Shown one piece after another: positions 40,801-52,691 of a DNA stretch of 64,000 nt (positions are counted from its first letter, which is position 1; the number at the start of each line of letters is the position of its first letter). The position numbers and the translations under genes are program-made. Source of the stretch: Paragordius varius (taxonomy: Eukaryota; Animalia; Nematomorpha); the NCBI GenBank assembly GCA_964247055.1, contig OZ176051.1, positions 15,066,001-15,130,000 of the forward strand, given 5' to 3'. Under the pieces are notes generated by a model. That model was not told the origin of the DNA, did not search any database, and saw only the letters and a list, made by a program, of their open reading frames with translations.

Positions 40801-41653
40801 GTCGATTTTTCCAAAGCATTTGATTCTATTCAACACAATAAGTTACGAACATCCCTAAAACAACTTTGAGTACCAACACATCTAATCAACGTCATATTCT
40901 CAATTTACTTAAATTCCACGGCTGTAATATCTACACCTCACGGTATATCTAATTCCTATAAAGTACAAGTCGGCTTACGCCAAGGATGCGTTTTATCCCC
41001 AATTCTTTTTAACGCATACCTCGGATGCATAATAAGAAACATCCCAGAAACTTATGGCATTAATGTAGATGGAAACCTACTTACATCCGTTCACTAGGCG
41101 GATGATAGAGTCTTATTCGCAGACAGTGTAGACACATTATCGCAAGCTTTGCAAGTGTTTACAACTGAATGCAATTGGATTAAATATCAATTTCAAAAAA
41201 ACAAAAGTCCTGCAAATAAATCCGGCTCAAACCAATCCAATAATCCTCAACGGCAACCAGATCGAAACAGTAAGCAGCTTCACCTACTTAGGTAGCATTA
41301 TTAACAGTGAGAACAACTCTACGCCAGAAATAAAGCGAAGAATTGCTATTGCTAAAGCCTGCTAGGCAGCTTAATACGGCAAAAACTCTCCTTTTTCGGG
41401 CACATTATGAGAGCCATCTCACTTGAAAAGTCACTGATGCTGGGAAAAGTGAGTGGTGCTCGTAAAAGAGGGAGAAGACGAACTCGTTGGATGGATAACG
41501 TCCTCAAAGAAACCAACCAATCACAATCCGAACTAAGCGCTAGATCCGATATCCGCAATGAATGGAGAAGTTATATTTTCTATGTTGCAGTTAGTCGACT
41601 TTGACCTTAGCAACAACAACAAGATAATCTAACTGATGTATTCAAATCTATCA
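34805..41653 (-). mobile_element. Ty3/Gypsy LTR retrotransposon (Mag-like), decayed, 5-bp TSD GACGC
   Basis: TSD at 34800-34804 and 41654-41658. 3' LTR 34805-34908 (internally deleted). 5' LTR 38671-38903 plus 41623-41653. PBS-like TGGCGCGGTCG. Order gag (ATG 38635, CCHC), PR (YDTGA), RT (DLKEAY, CLDD), RH (ETDPTNDGFG), IN (WIHLDIARP, TDNA, GLVER). Confidence 0.93.
38904..41622 (+). mobile_element. Near full-length RTE-clade LINE inserted in the Gypsy 5' LTR
   Basis: EN (KIDILGIS, IYAP, ILGDFNS, NQIDF, GHNLL); RT (DFSKAFDS, GLRQGC, *ADD); BovB-like C-terminus LEKSLMLGKVSGARKRGRRRTRWMD; (CAA)n tail at 41611-41622. Confidence 0.88.
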
Positions 41654-41915
41654 GACGCCCACGCAATCTTTAAAAAGACCCAATTGATCATATAGACCAA
41701 TCCAAAAGATTAAGCTGGTTAGGACACATTGAGCGAAGAAGGTGATAATATTTTGAGAAAGATACAATATTAAAATTAGATTCAAATACTCTACCAGGTT
41801 GTCCTTTAAAAATATGGCACAAAACAATCACAGAAGATGTTGAGGAACAAAAAATTTATGTTAAAGACGATCACAACATCAAAACATGGAAGAATAAATG
41901 CATCAGGCACTCTCT
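41654..41915 (+). mobile_element. 3' continuation of the 33150-34804 LINE
   Basis: RLSWLGHIERR motif directly after the GACGC TSD. Confidence 0.7.
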
Positions 41916-42117
41916 ATTGAGTACCCTGATTTTCATTTTGTTTGGTGACTTTTCATTCAATGGTTTTTATACAACATTTTTTGTATAAAAGAGCTTAAAA
42001 TTACAATTGTAAGTTACAACATAATATCCAATTGTTTAGGTACAAAGGTCTGTATAAGTCTAATTGGATATTTTCGACTTTATGAATTCATTGTACCAAC
42101 CAATTCAGTCGTGAGAC

Positions 42118-43820
42118 CAGTGGCGTAGCTTGCATTTCTGGCGCCGGGTGCATGAAAGCGCCCTTTCCCCCTCCATGCAACTCCTTGCTTTTTTAAAAAT
42201 AATTAAATTCGAATGAGCGGGACGAATGTGGCCCGTCCTAAACAGAAGCACAGGAAAAAACATGCACATACAACTCTTTGAAAACGACGGCTTGCTTAGC
42301 AAATTTATCAAAAATTAAAATAATGATATTAGTTTCTGCGCGAAAAGTTCGTTTCAAACCTAAATGTTATATACAAGCAGTATTCAAAGTGCATTCGAAT
42401 GTGTGGCCCGACTAAAAAGTATTTTTTGAAAAATGCTTATGTCCGGAGAATGGCAATCCTGAGGTATTATAAACATCAAAAAATTTAAAAATTTAAATAT
42501 TAGTTTCCATGAAGACTGCCCTAGACATAAATATATCATATATATATAATTCACATTTATTTCCCTAGTATTTAATAAGGTCCTCTATTGTATGGCTACT
42601 GTCGAAAAGTATTGAGGCGCCGTAGTTAGTCACATGTTTTATTGTCGAATTACTCGAAAAATGCTGTCCCGCCGTTTTTTGGAAGTAAAGTGGAATTGGT
42701 ATTATGATCATTAGCATTATGCAAATATGATTGTAACCTTTCTCTTAATATTTGTGCGGTATAATTTTTTTTCCTTTTTTGTTTTTTATCTTGAGCGCTA
42801 ATTTTAGACATTCCTGATGATATAAAATTAAAATAATTATTTTTCGTATTTGAACTATTTACCTATCCTACTCGTCGAGATTATAATACTGAGCGAACGA
42901 TTGGAACAAAATTTAAAAATATTAATGCTTTAGTATATTGAAATCCATGAATTCAAACATGAACCGTTTTGGGCCTAGTCAGTTTTTTTTCTAATTTCGG
43001 TTCTTGTTCTATTTTTTTAATTAATTTTAATTTCAAAACGGTTCCACTAAATTTTAAGCAAAAATCTTATTTTTTCATTATTTGCGGTAACAGTTACCAA
43101 ATTATACGTTAAAATAGCCGTGAAAACAAACTTAATTAACCGGTTCAAACCTAACTCTAATAATTCACATATTAATATCGATTTATAAAATATATTTGAT
43201 GGCTATGTGTAAAAATACTTTAAGCTGTGTGGTTTATTTTGTGTTTTAAACATAGTCGAAAATATGTCTCAATATAAATATATATTCATATGTCATACCC
43301 CTCTAATGGAAAATCGGATAATAAAAAAAAATTTAAATTTCAAGAAGTAAAAGATCAAAGTTGCTATTGAGCTGCAAAAAAATGAAGGGAAACAAAAAAA
43401 GAAAAAAGCAAGATGATGTGCCATTATCAATTTTGCATTTAATAATTTTAAAAGAAAATTAATATTAGTAATTATCTTATACTTATAACTGACACTTTTG
43501 TGGTTTGAAGCAAATATTTGAAGGTGGGTTCCATGAATGATATAAACAGGAGGTCAAGAAAAGTAGGGTCTTTAAGATAAAGTGGAGTTATAATAAAAGA
43601 TTTGAAACAGATAGATTTAAATCTTGATAAAAAGAGAATTTCGATAAGATTGAAGGTTTGGGGCAATCATAAATGGGTGATTTTTCACGGATTATGTAAA
43701 AATAATAACTTTTGAATGCCTATTTTATTGTAATAAAATTAAATTTTTAAATCCGGCACCCCTTCAACTATGGCGCCCGTTGCATCAGACCTCCTTTCCA
43801 TACCCCTAGCTTCGCCACTG
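42118..43820. mobile_element. Non-autonomous CAGTGGCG-type (hAT-like) element
   Basis: TIR CAGTGGCGTAGCT / AGCTTCGCCACTG; body homologous to 55760-56970; no clean TSD. Confidence 0.75.
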
Positions 43821-44147
43821 TGATAGGCTAGATTTTAGATCTAAAAATATAAAATTTAACGTGGAAAAGCTTCTTTAGATCTTGTGAGCTGTAATATGTA
43901 TCGCTAATGTAGGTATATTATTTTTATTTTTAATTTATTTCGGTTTCATTTTTCATTTTAAGTACTCTATATATTTTACTGTTTAATTTTTCATTTATTA
44001 TTATTTTTTTCACTAACTTTTTAATTGTATTTTTTGGGTTTTTTAATGAAGCGTGAAGGCCAGACCTAGCCAGTCGCTTCACGGGAGGTAGGGACCAATG
44101 CTATAGAGTATGTTTTATCATTAATGTTGGTTTGTTATGAACTAAAT

Positions 44148-44452
44148 GAATTACAGTAAAAATTGAAATTATACGGACAAAACGTATAAATGTAAGACAA
44201 ATATTTTTTCTTAAGGAAAACCATACTTTTTTATATATAAATTTTTCTCATATAAGCTATTTAGTTACAATTATAAAATATAGAATTGATTGTATCAGTT
44301 ATATATAAATATATCTATTTCAAACTTTTCCATTTAAAACAATGAGTTATATTGATATAAATCTAGATTTAATAAGTATTGTTGTCTTTTTAAAAAAATA
44401 TTTGTTTTTGTATTTTTACGTTTTGTCCGTATAATTTCAGTTTGAGTGTAAT
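44148..44452. mobile_element. Foldback MITE
   Basis: TGAAATTATACGGACAAAACGTA versus TACGTTTTGTCCGTATAATTTCA inverted arms. Confidence 0.65.
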
Positions 44453-45649
44453 TAATGGAGATGAAATATAAATTTTCTGCATTCAGAAGACTAGATACCG
44501 TAGTAACTATGGGTGGAGTTTCAAAATTAGGAAACGCTTTTTCCTTAGCTTTTTTAAAAGATTCCTTATGGAGTGAATAATCTAAAGCAACCCTAAATAA
44601 TTAACATTATTTTTATAAGGAAACACTTGTTAAGTGAATATTAATTAAGAAATCCTACATATTTTTTGGGATACTAAATATCATCCGTAAATATTTATAA
44701 ATTTTATTACAATCGATAGTAGAGGATCAAACAAGGCATAGAGCTATACGGTTTTGAAATCATATTATATTTTTATTATATTCAATCAGTAAAACAAGCT
44801 TTTCAGATACATTTTATATATCTCAAGATTTAAAGTAATTTTTATGTTAATATTTTAGATTCTACTATTGGACTGCGGTGTAGATATTTACAAATTTGTT
44901 AAGACACAAAAAATATAACACATAAGGGAATCAATATATCTGATATGAAACAATTTCTACGATTTAATGAAAGCAATAATCTACATAACAAAATATACTT
45001 TCCCTGATTCCGATGAAAAGAGAGGAGAAGCCCTAAGTCCGCGAAAAAATTAGAATTTTTTTAAGATTTTTCGCAAATCTAAGGCATCAAATTTTTATTG
45101 GTCTAGTTTTTGGGGTGCACTTTTTAACTATCTTATTTTTGTTCAAGCCACAAAAATTGAGTCAATTAGTATCTTAATTCGTATAATAATAAACCATTAT
45201 TTTATAGAAAAATGTGTAAATCAAACTTTAAGCTATTTATTATTTATTATTATAAAATGTGGATTAGGTCCAAATAATATAAGAAAATATTTCCGATTCC
45301 GTGCGATCTTTTATAATAAAGTTTCCGGCAGTACTTTGATTATATTTTATAATTGCGGTTTTCATGTTATCAATTGCCTTTCTAGTTTGATCAATTTCAT
45401 AAATATTTTGTTTCCATAAAAAGTTCGATTTTATTTTTTATAAGCTTATTTTTCGTAATACTACATATGAATCATAGATGCATTTAAAGCTATAGGATAT
45501 CTAATATATATTAGTTTAAAGTTATTATACTAGAAGGTATCTTAGGTAATATAGGTTTTAGGAAACACAATGGTAAAACAGATGTTTTTCTATTTAAATT
45601 ATAAAGGAGACTCTTTCTTTGAAAAAGTGAGCATAGAAAACACTTAAAG

Positions 45650-47510
45650 GGTTTCCTTTTTATTCACTCTCCCTATAAGTCGTTAGTGATTCATGTTTAA
45701 GGATGTTTGCAGTGGGCCGTCATAATAGTGTGTCCAAGATTTGCCTAAAGGATATATTTGTAAGCTATTATAAGAGTTTTACCATTTTTAGCATTTATGC
45801 TCCTCAAATAGGGTTGACTAAACTGGAGAGATAATTTTTTGTTGGACGGAGAAATGACTATATTACTGAAAGACAGAGAATCATTTTGTAATGATTTTAA
45901 TGGACATGTGAGACCAAACAAAAGGGGTTTTGAGTTTTGGCTTGGCAGTAAAAATTGCTTTACATACGAAAGAAATAAGATTCACAAATCGATTATACTG
46001 TACCGCTAAAGTTTTTGAAGTATGCGATGTGCAAGGTCATGCCTAACCTGCAAGAGTACACAACATTTATGTGTAAATATATGACAGATATACCAGTGTT
46101 AAACGTAAGATAGCGCCGAAGATAATTAAATGGGATTTAAAAGGCATCCTAGACAGAGCGAATTATTAAAAGTTTGGTCTCAGTGGCTAAAACAGTTAGA
46201 AAGACAGGACTTAAGGTGTGTGAATGAAAATTGGTAGAAATCAGGTGTATAGAAAGGCATGCCTGAAAGATAAAAGAATAATACACCCGCCTAGCAGAAG
46301 ACAAGAATAAAAATAAAAAGATTTAAGAACTTAAAAGGCTTGTGAGAATGGTCATATAATCATTATATAAGGAGTTGAATATAAGCAAAGTCTAAACAAG
46401 TTTTTATTGACAAAGGCACTGAAGAAAGCTGGATTAAGGACAAAAATGGTAATTACTCGTTGAGGAAGATAAAATTTTAAGGAGGTGGAGAGAATATTTC
46501 CAGGACATTAATTTGGGCGTCAGTGAAACGAATTTACCCGAAACACCGGATTATATATCTGCGCATATTAAAAGTATAACAAAAGAAGAAGTCCACGTTG
46601 GTTTTGAAGTGTCTAAAGCTACAGGTCCAGACGATATTAGCATAATGTTAGAAAATAATATCAAAGAAGGTATAAAATTTTAAACTACTACAGGGAGAAT
46701 ATCATCCGAATAGAAGGAGATTTTTACTATTCCCATTTTAAGGGTAAAGATGATAAAATGATCTAACAATAGAGGGATATGGATGTGTCATACAATGAAG
46801 TTATTTAAAAAAGTAATATAAAAAATAATTTAAATAATCAGTAATAGAGGGTAATCAATTTGTTTATATTGGAAAGTCCACCATCGATCCGCACGCAGTA
46901 AGAAGAAAATTAAAACACGCAGGGAGTGCCAGATCTTATTGAAATAAATCAAGGTGTTTATCAGAGGTTAAGAATCAGTCCGTTGATATTTATTATATGC
47001 ATGGAAGAAGTTACTAAAGAAATGGGAAAATGTGGTGGCTGGTATTATACGAGTTGCATAAATTGAAAGAGTTGGTGAGAAAATGGATGATGTGTTACGA
47101 CCGTGCGGGTAAAAGTTTATAAAAAACCAATTTATAAATTTTGGTGGCAAAAAACGAAAAATAGAATTAGAAGAGGTTGGGTGTTAAAAGGTGAAGTGAA
47201 TACAAACTAAGAGCGATTTTACAGCAGATCGTTCTTTAACTTATGATACGAATTTGTATTGGGCGATAATATTGTTCTAAATGTCAAGAGTAGGATGTAC
47301 AGTGCCGTTTTACAGCCAATGATGTATTACTTACAGACCTACTTTGAAGTTACTGAACTGAATATGGTTAGATTGATGTGTGGTTTAACGCGAAAAGACA
47401 AGGTGAGGAATTTATATATTAGAGGAAATACGGAAATTAAGCCGATACGCAAAAGAGATGTTAAATTATCTTAGATAGTGACACCTAGAAAAAAAGAGAT
47501 GGTAAATACT
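45650..47510 (+). mobile_element. Strongly decayed RTE LINE; 3' end resumes at ~48983-49080 after family A copy 2
   Basis: DFNGHV, GPDDI, GKSTIDP and ELNMVRLMCGLTRKDKVRN..IRG motifs; RGRR..RWID after the insertion. Confidence 0.7.
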
Positions 47511-47519
47511 ATATATATA

Positions 47520-48945
47520 TACCATTTCCCAGTCTAAATAAACGTTTTCCCAGTCAATCGAAACATTTTCCCAATCAATCGAAACGTTTTCCCAGTCAAT
47601 CGAAACGTTTTCCCAGTCAATCGAAACGTTTTCCCAGTCAATCGAAACGTTTTCCCAGTCAATCGAAACATTTTCCCAGTCAATAAAAACATTTTCCCAA
47701 TCAATAAAAACGTTTTCCCAGTCAATAAAAACGCTTTTATTTTTGATGATAAATATCAAATCAAGATATTAAAAATAACTTTTAACCATTATCAGCGTAA
47801 TATTAGGATATTATTTTTTGTAAAAACACAATTATTGAATGACAATTTTTCCCAATTATATTCCAGTGCACAATCATTAACTTATTCTTTAAAAATTATA
47901 TTTATGGAATTTAAGATGTTTTTAAGTTGATGGTTCGCATTATTTGCGGCTAACTTACAAAATCTCTAGTTACGGATGAAATATTAAAAAAATAATATAC
48001 CATATCTCGGAGGTCATTTAACACTTCAAATTGTATCTAAAACATTAATTTTACCTAATTTTATAATATTTATCATTGGTTCATCGGGTGCCCAACGCGG
48101 CCTGCCGAGTATCTTTGTGCGGCCCGCTAAAAATTTAGAAATCCATATGCAAAAATATGCCCACATAATCTTAGTAATATTCATACTTTTTACGCAATTA
48201 TTCTGAATGATTCTATATTGGTAACAAATTAAAAAAATTGTTATTTTGTATTTTACAGTTTTATGTCTAATCGAAAATTTTTTTATGAAATATATCGAAT
48301 GCGGAACGCCGTTCTTTTTGAGTAATACGACCCGCGAAGCCATTTGGTTAGACACCCCTGTTTTAGTCAAATATCTTTTTATTAAATATCTTAAAATCAA
48401 AAAAATATTTACTGAAAAATTTTTTTGTTTAGATATTTTTTCCGACAGTATTTTTATGCAAAAACTTGACATGTGTAAAAACTGTTTTAAAGCGTTCGGC
48501 AAATATTAATGCTAACCATCAATAAAATAAAATATATTATCTTAAAAACATCTCAAATTCCAAAATATATCTTTTAACGAATAAGTCATTAATGATTGTG
48601 CACTGGAATATACTTAGAAATCGTCATTCAATAATTGTCTTTTTACAAAAAATAATATCCTAATATTACGCTGATAATGGTTAAAAGTTATTTTTATATC
48701 TTGTTTTGATATTTATCATCAAAAATAAAACCGTTTTTATTGACTGGGAAAACGTTTTTATTGATTGGGAAAATGTTTTTATTGACTGGGAAAACGTTTC
48801 GATTGACTGGGAAAACGTTTCGATTGACTGGGAAAATGTTTCGATTGACTGGGAAAACGTTTCGATTGACTGGGAAAACGTTCCGATTGATTGGGAAAAT
48901 GTTTCGATTGACTGGGAAAACGTTTATTTAGACTGGGAAATGGTA
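47520..48945. mobile_element. Non-autonomous foldback-type element, family A copy 2
   Basis: Same TA|TACCATTTCCCAGTC termini; 10+10 21-bp units; core collinear with 6886-8348, including the hAT end finishing at 48360; (TA)n on both flanks. Confidence 0.93.
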
Positions 48946-48983
<38 letters not shown>

Positions 48984-49245
48984 AAGGTAAGAGGGGAAGA
49001 AGGCACACTAAAACGCGATGGATTGATAGGTTAATTCAAATAAACTTAAAACGCAAGGACGCCATAGACAGGTATGGCGAAATAGTTTACGGATGTGATT
49101 GCTCGAGAGTGATATCATATAATGTAATTATTATTAAAAGTCGTAATCATGTAATCCTACATGGTATAATTTTAATATTATATGTGTGGCTTAAAAAATC
49201 TTGATGTTTAATGCGCGTAGCGTGCGCTGGAATTTGATCACTATA

Positions 49246-51778
49246 TACCATTTCCCAGTCTAAATAAACGTTTTCCAAGTCAATTGAAACATTTTCCCAG
49301 TCAATCGAAACATTTTCCCAGTCAATAAAAACATTTTCCCAGTCAATCGAAACGTTTTCCCAGTCAATCGAAACGTTTTCCCAGTCAATCGAAACATTTT
49401 CCCAGTCAATAAAAACGTTTTCCCAGTCAATAAAAACGGTTTTATTTTTGATAATAAATATCAAAACAAGATACAAAAATAATTTTAACCATTATCAGCG
49501 TAATACTAGGATATTATTTTGCTAAAAAAACACAAGTATTGAATAAGAATTTTTCCCATATATTCCACTACACAATCTTTTTATCTTTGAAAGCTATATT
49601 TTATTAGCTGGATGAGTATTTGATGGTTTTAGAGATTAAGAAAATTAATAATTTATTTATTTTATTAACGTTCGCATTAATATTCGGGGCTAACCTAAAA
49701 TATCCAAAGTTTCGGATTAGATTATAAAATTTATGTATTTTCAACTCTTTACAATCAAAAAGGAAACCTTTTAACTTTGTCCTTGATCAAAATACTGTTT
49801 TAAAAAATAATTTTACGATGAAAAAGTTGATTTTAATGAAAAATATATTGGATAAAATACAAATGCATAATATTATGGTACGCAAGTTTATGTTAATTGA
49901 AGATGTTTAAGTATGAATGTTTAAGGGCTAACTGAAACACAAATGGTAAACCTTTGTGACTATCTGGTGTGCAATATTGTAATTAAAAATATTATACCAT
50001 TATTTTCTCGTCTATTTTAATTTCTTGGATAAAAACCTTCCGTAGATTATTTTGCATACATCATATTATCTGTATAAGGTTCATTTTATTTAGTAATATT
50101 TTAGTAATGTCAGAAACAGGAATCAAGAAAAAAATAGTTTTATCTCAACAAGATAGAAAACGATTAGTAAAACGATTTTTTTTCGATGAAGAATGGACTG
50201 TGGATGTATCAAAGGATTTAGATATAAACTATAATACTGCTCGTCAAATTATGTATAAATATAAAAAAAACAATAGTTCAGAAATTCTAAACCGTGGAGG
50301 CACTAAAAACAAAAAAATAACGGAAGATATTATGCATTTCATAGATGATAAACTAACTTATCAGCCGTCATTAACAATTAACCAGTAAAAAAAATTTCTG
50401 GAAGATGAAAAAAAATAAAATTATCTAAATCCTCTATAGACCGAGTAATCAAATCTTTAAAAATAACTTTGAAGTTAGCCCATCATCTTAATGAAAAAGT
50501 CAATGATCTCAAATAATAGATTTAAGGAAAAAATACGTTATATGGTTTTCACAATTTTACTCCGATGACTTAACAAATATAATTTATTTGGATGAATGCG
50601 GTTATAATAACCATATTAGAGGAAGCCAAGGTCGATCCAAAAGTGGCACGAGAGCCAATATTGTGGTGCCTAGCGTAAAAGGCAGAAACATCCCTTTTAT
50701 TGGAGCTCTGTCATTAAGAGAAATGGTTTATTACGAAATAGAAAGCCAAAGAACAGTCAATTCCCAACGCTTTACAAGTTTTTTTGATGGACCTAGTGAA
50801 TATTTAAAGCGGGACGATATTAAATATCATTTTATTATGGACAATGCACGGATTCATAAAAAAATGAATTAAAAGGTAAACCGATTTATACAAATACAAA
50901 ATTGATCTTTTGTCCCCGCACAGTTATATGTTGAACCCAATCGAAATGGTATTTTCAAAAATAAAAAATTTTGTCCGACAAAATATTTAAATAATATGAA
51001 TGCGAATGTGGAATTAGTGAATCTAATAAAATTGGCAGCGGGCTCCATAACATCGGAGGATAGCAGATATTTTGAAAAGATAATGACAAATATGGTAAAG
51101 GCGGCAGCCGGTTTACCTTATATGTGATTATAACATATACAATAAATGAAAATCATTTTTTAATATATTATCTCAATTTGTCTCTCTAATAAAATCAAAC
51201 AATTATTTAGGTATATTTGTACAGTAATAGTCCAACTTTTTAAAAATAAGTTATTAAAGATTGTGTAGTGGAATATATGGGAAAAATTGTCATTCAATAT
51301 TTGTGTTTTTATGCAAAATAATACCCTAGTATTACGCTGATAATGGTTAAAAGTTATTTTTGTATCTTGTTTTGATATTTATTATCAAAAATAAAACCGT
51401 TTTTATTGACTGGGAAAACGTTTCGATTGACTGGGAAAACGTTTCGATTGACTGGGAAAACGTTTTATTGACTGGGAAAATGTTTCGATTGACTGGGAAA
51501 ACGTTTCGATTGACTGGGAAAACGTTTCGATTGACTGGGAAAATGTTTCGATTGACTGGGAAAACGTTTCGATTGACTGGGAAAACGTTTCGATTGACTG
51601 GGAAAATGTTTCGATTGACTGGGAAAACGTTTCGATTGACTGGGAAAACGTTTCGATTGACTGGGAAAATGTTTCGATTGACTGGGAAAACGTTTCGATT
51701 GACTGGGAAAATGTTTCGATTGACTGGGAAAACGTTTCGATTGACTGGGAAAATGTTTTGATTGACTGGGAAATGGTA
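49246..51778 (+). mobile_element. Putative autonomous family A element: IS630/Tc1 transposon with long array-containing TIRs
   Basis: TA TSD; left arm ~49246-49575 (9 units) and right arm ~51255-51778 (18 units); transposase gene between the arms. Confidence 0.92.
50107..51127 (+). pseudogene. IS630/Tc1-mariner DD34E transposase, ~341 aa after restoring five 1-bp homopolymer losses and one TAA
   Basis: N-terminal HTH-like region and RGG linker. Catalytic D in YLDECG (50591), D in MDNARIH (50840), E in LNPIE (50943); D-E spacing 34 after correction. 1021+5=1026 nt. Confidence 0.9.
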
Positions 51779-52248
51779 TATATAATGGCTGATTTTTTTC
51801 GTATAGATTATGGACGCTACAGGATATGGTTATACCAGCATTAATTAATAAAGTTATGTTATTGATATTTAAATAAAATCTTGTTTTTATCCGTTAGTTA
51901 ATCTCTTCAAGTAAGGGTATATTCGATAAAATTGTTAGTTGGTAATTATTTAATTGGATATAAGAAATGTTATATATATACGATGGCCATCCTATATTGA
52001 TGGGAAACTAGAAACAAGTTATTTTGCAATAAATACCATATAATTAACAATAACCCATCAGCGGTTTAAAATAAAACCGGGTGGGTTCGTAAGAAAATGA
52101 AACCGAGAGTTAGTGGAATGCTAAAATCTCAGGAATCGGGTTCCGGCTCGAAGCCCTTTTTATCCATACACTACTGTCTTGCCAATATCGTTATACATAA
52201 TGTACATACTGTATATGCAACACACTAATCATACGCCGATATTTTAGC

Positions 52249-52249
<1 letters not shown>

Positions 52250-52308
<59 letters not shown>
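52250..52308. repeat. (TA)n microsatellite
   Basis: About 29 perfect TA units. Confidence 0.95.
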
Positions 52309-52310
<2 letters not shown>

Positions 52311-52691
52311 TTTTTTATCATACGTTCAATTAATATCCAAAATTAAAAAATTTATATTATGAGCCCTAAAAAACAAATATATCATATATTTGGCACACTT
52401 TTACCCATCACATTGCCAAAAATAACGCACTATATATATTAAAATGTTAATCATATAACTTGGCGTCAATTAATTTTAATATAATTTTAGGAAAAAAATT
52501 GAGCTTTGATAGTAAAAAAACTAAATCAATATTTACTTATCCAAGATAGCGTCCAAAACTACATTAAAAAGGAAAATTATTGCCAATATTTTAATAATTA
52601 TAAATATTTATTTAGGCATTTGATAGAGTATATATATAGCTGACATAAATGACCAAAATCACATAATTTTGCCAAATCAAACGAATTTATA

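Noticed and set aside
42110-43828. 8-bp TSD for the 42118-43820 element
   Set aside because: Flanks CGTGAGAC and TGATAGGC do not match.
49575-50106. Fanzor/TnpB or other cargo gene in the IS630/Tc1 element
   Set aside because: No ORF or RuvC-like motif between the arms other than the transposase.
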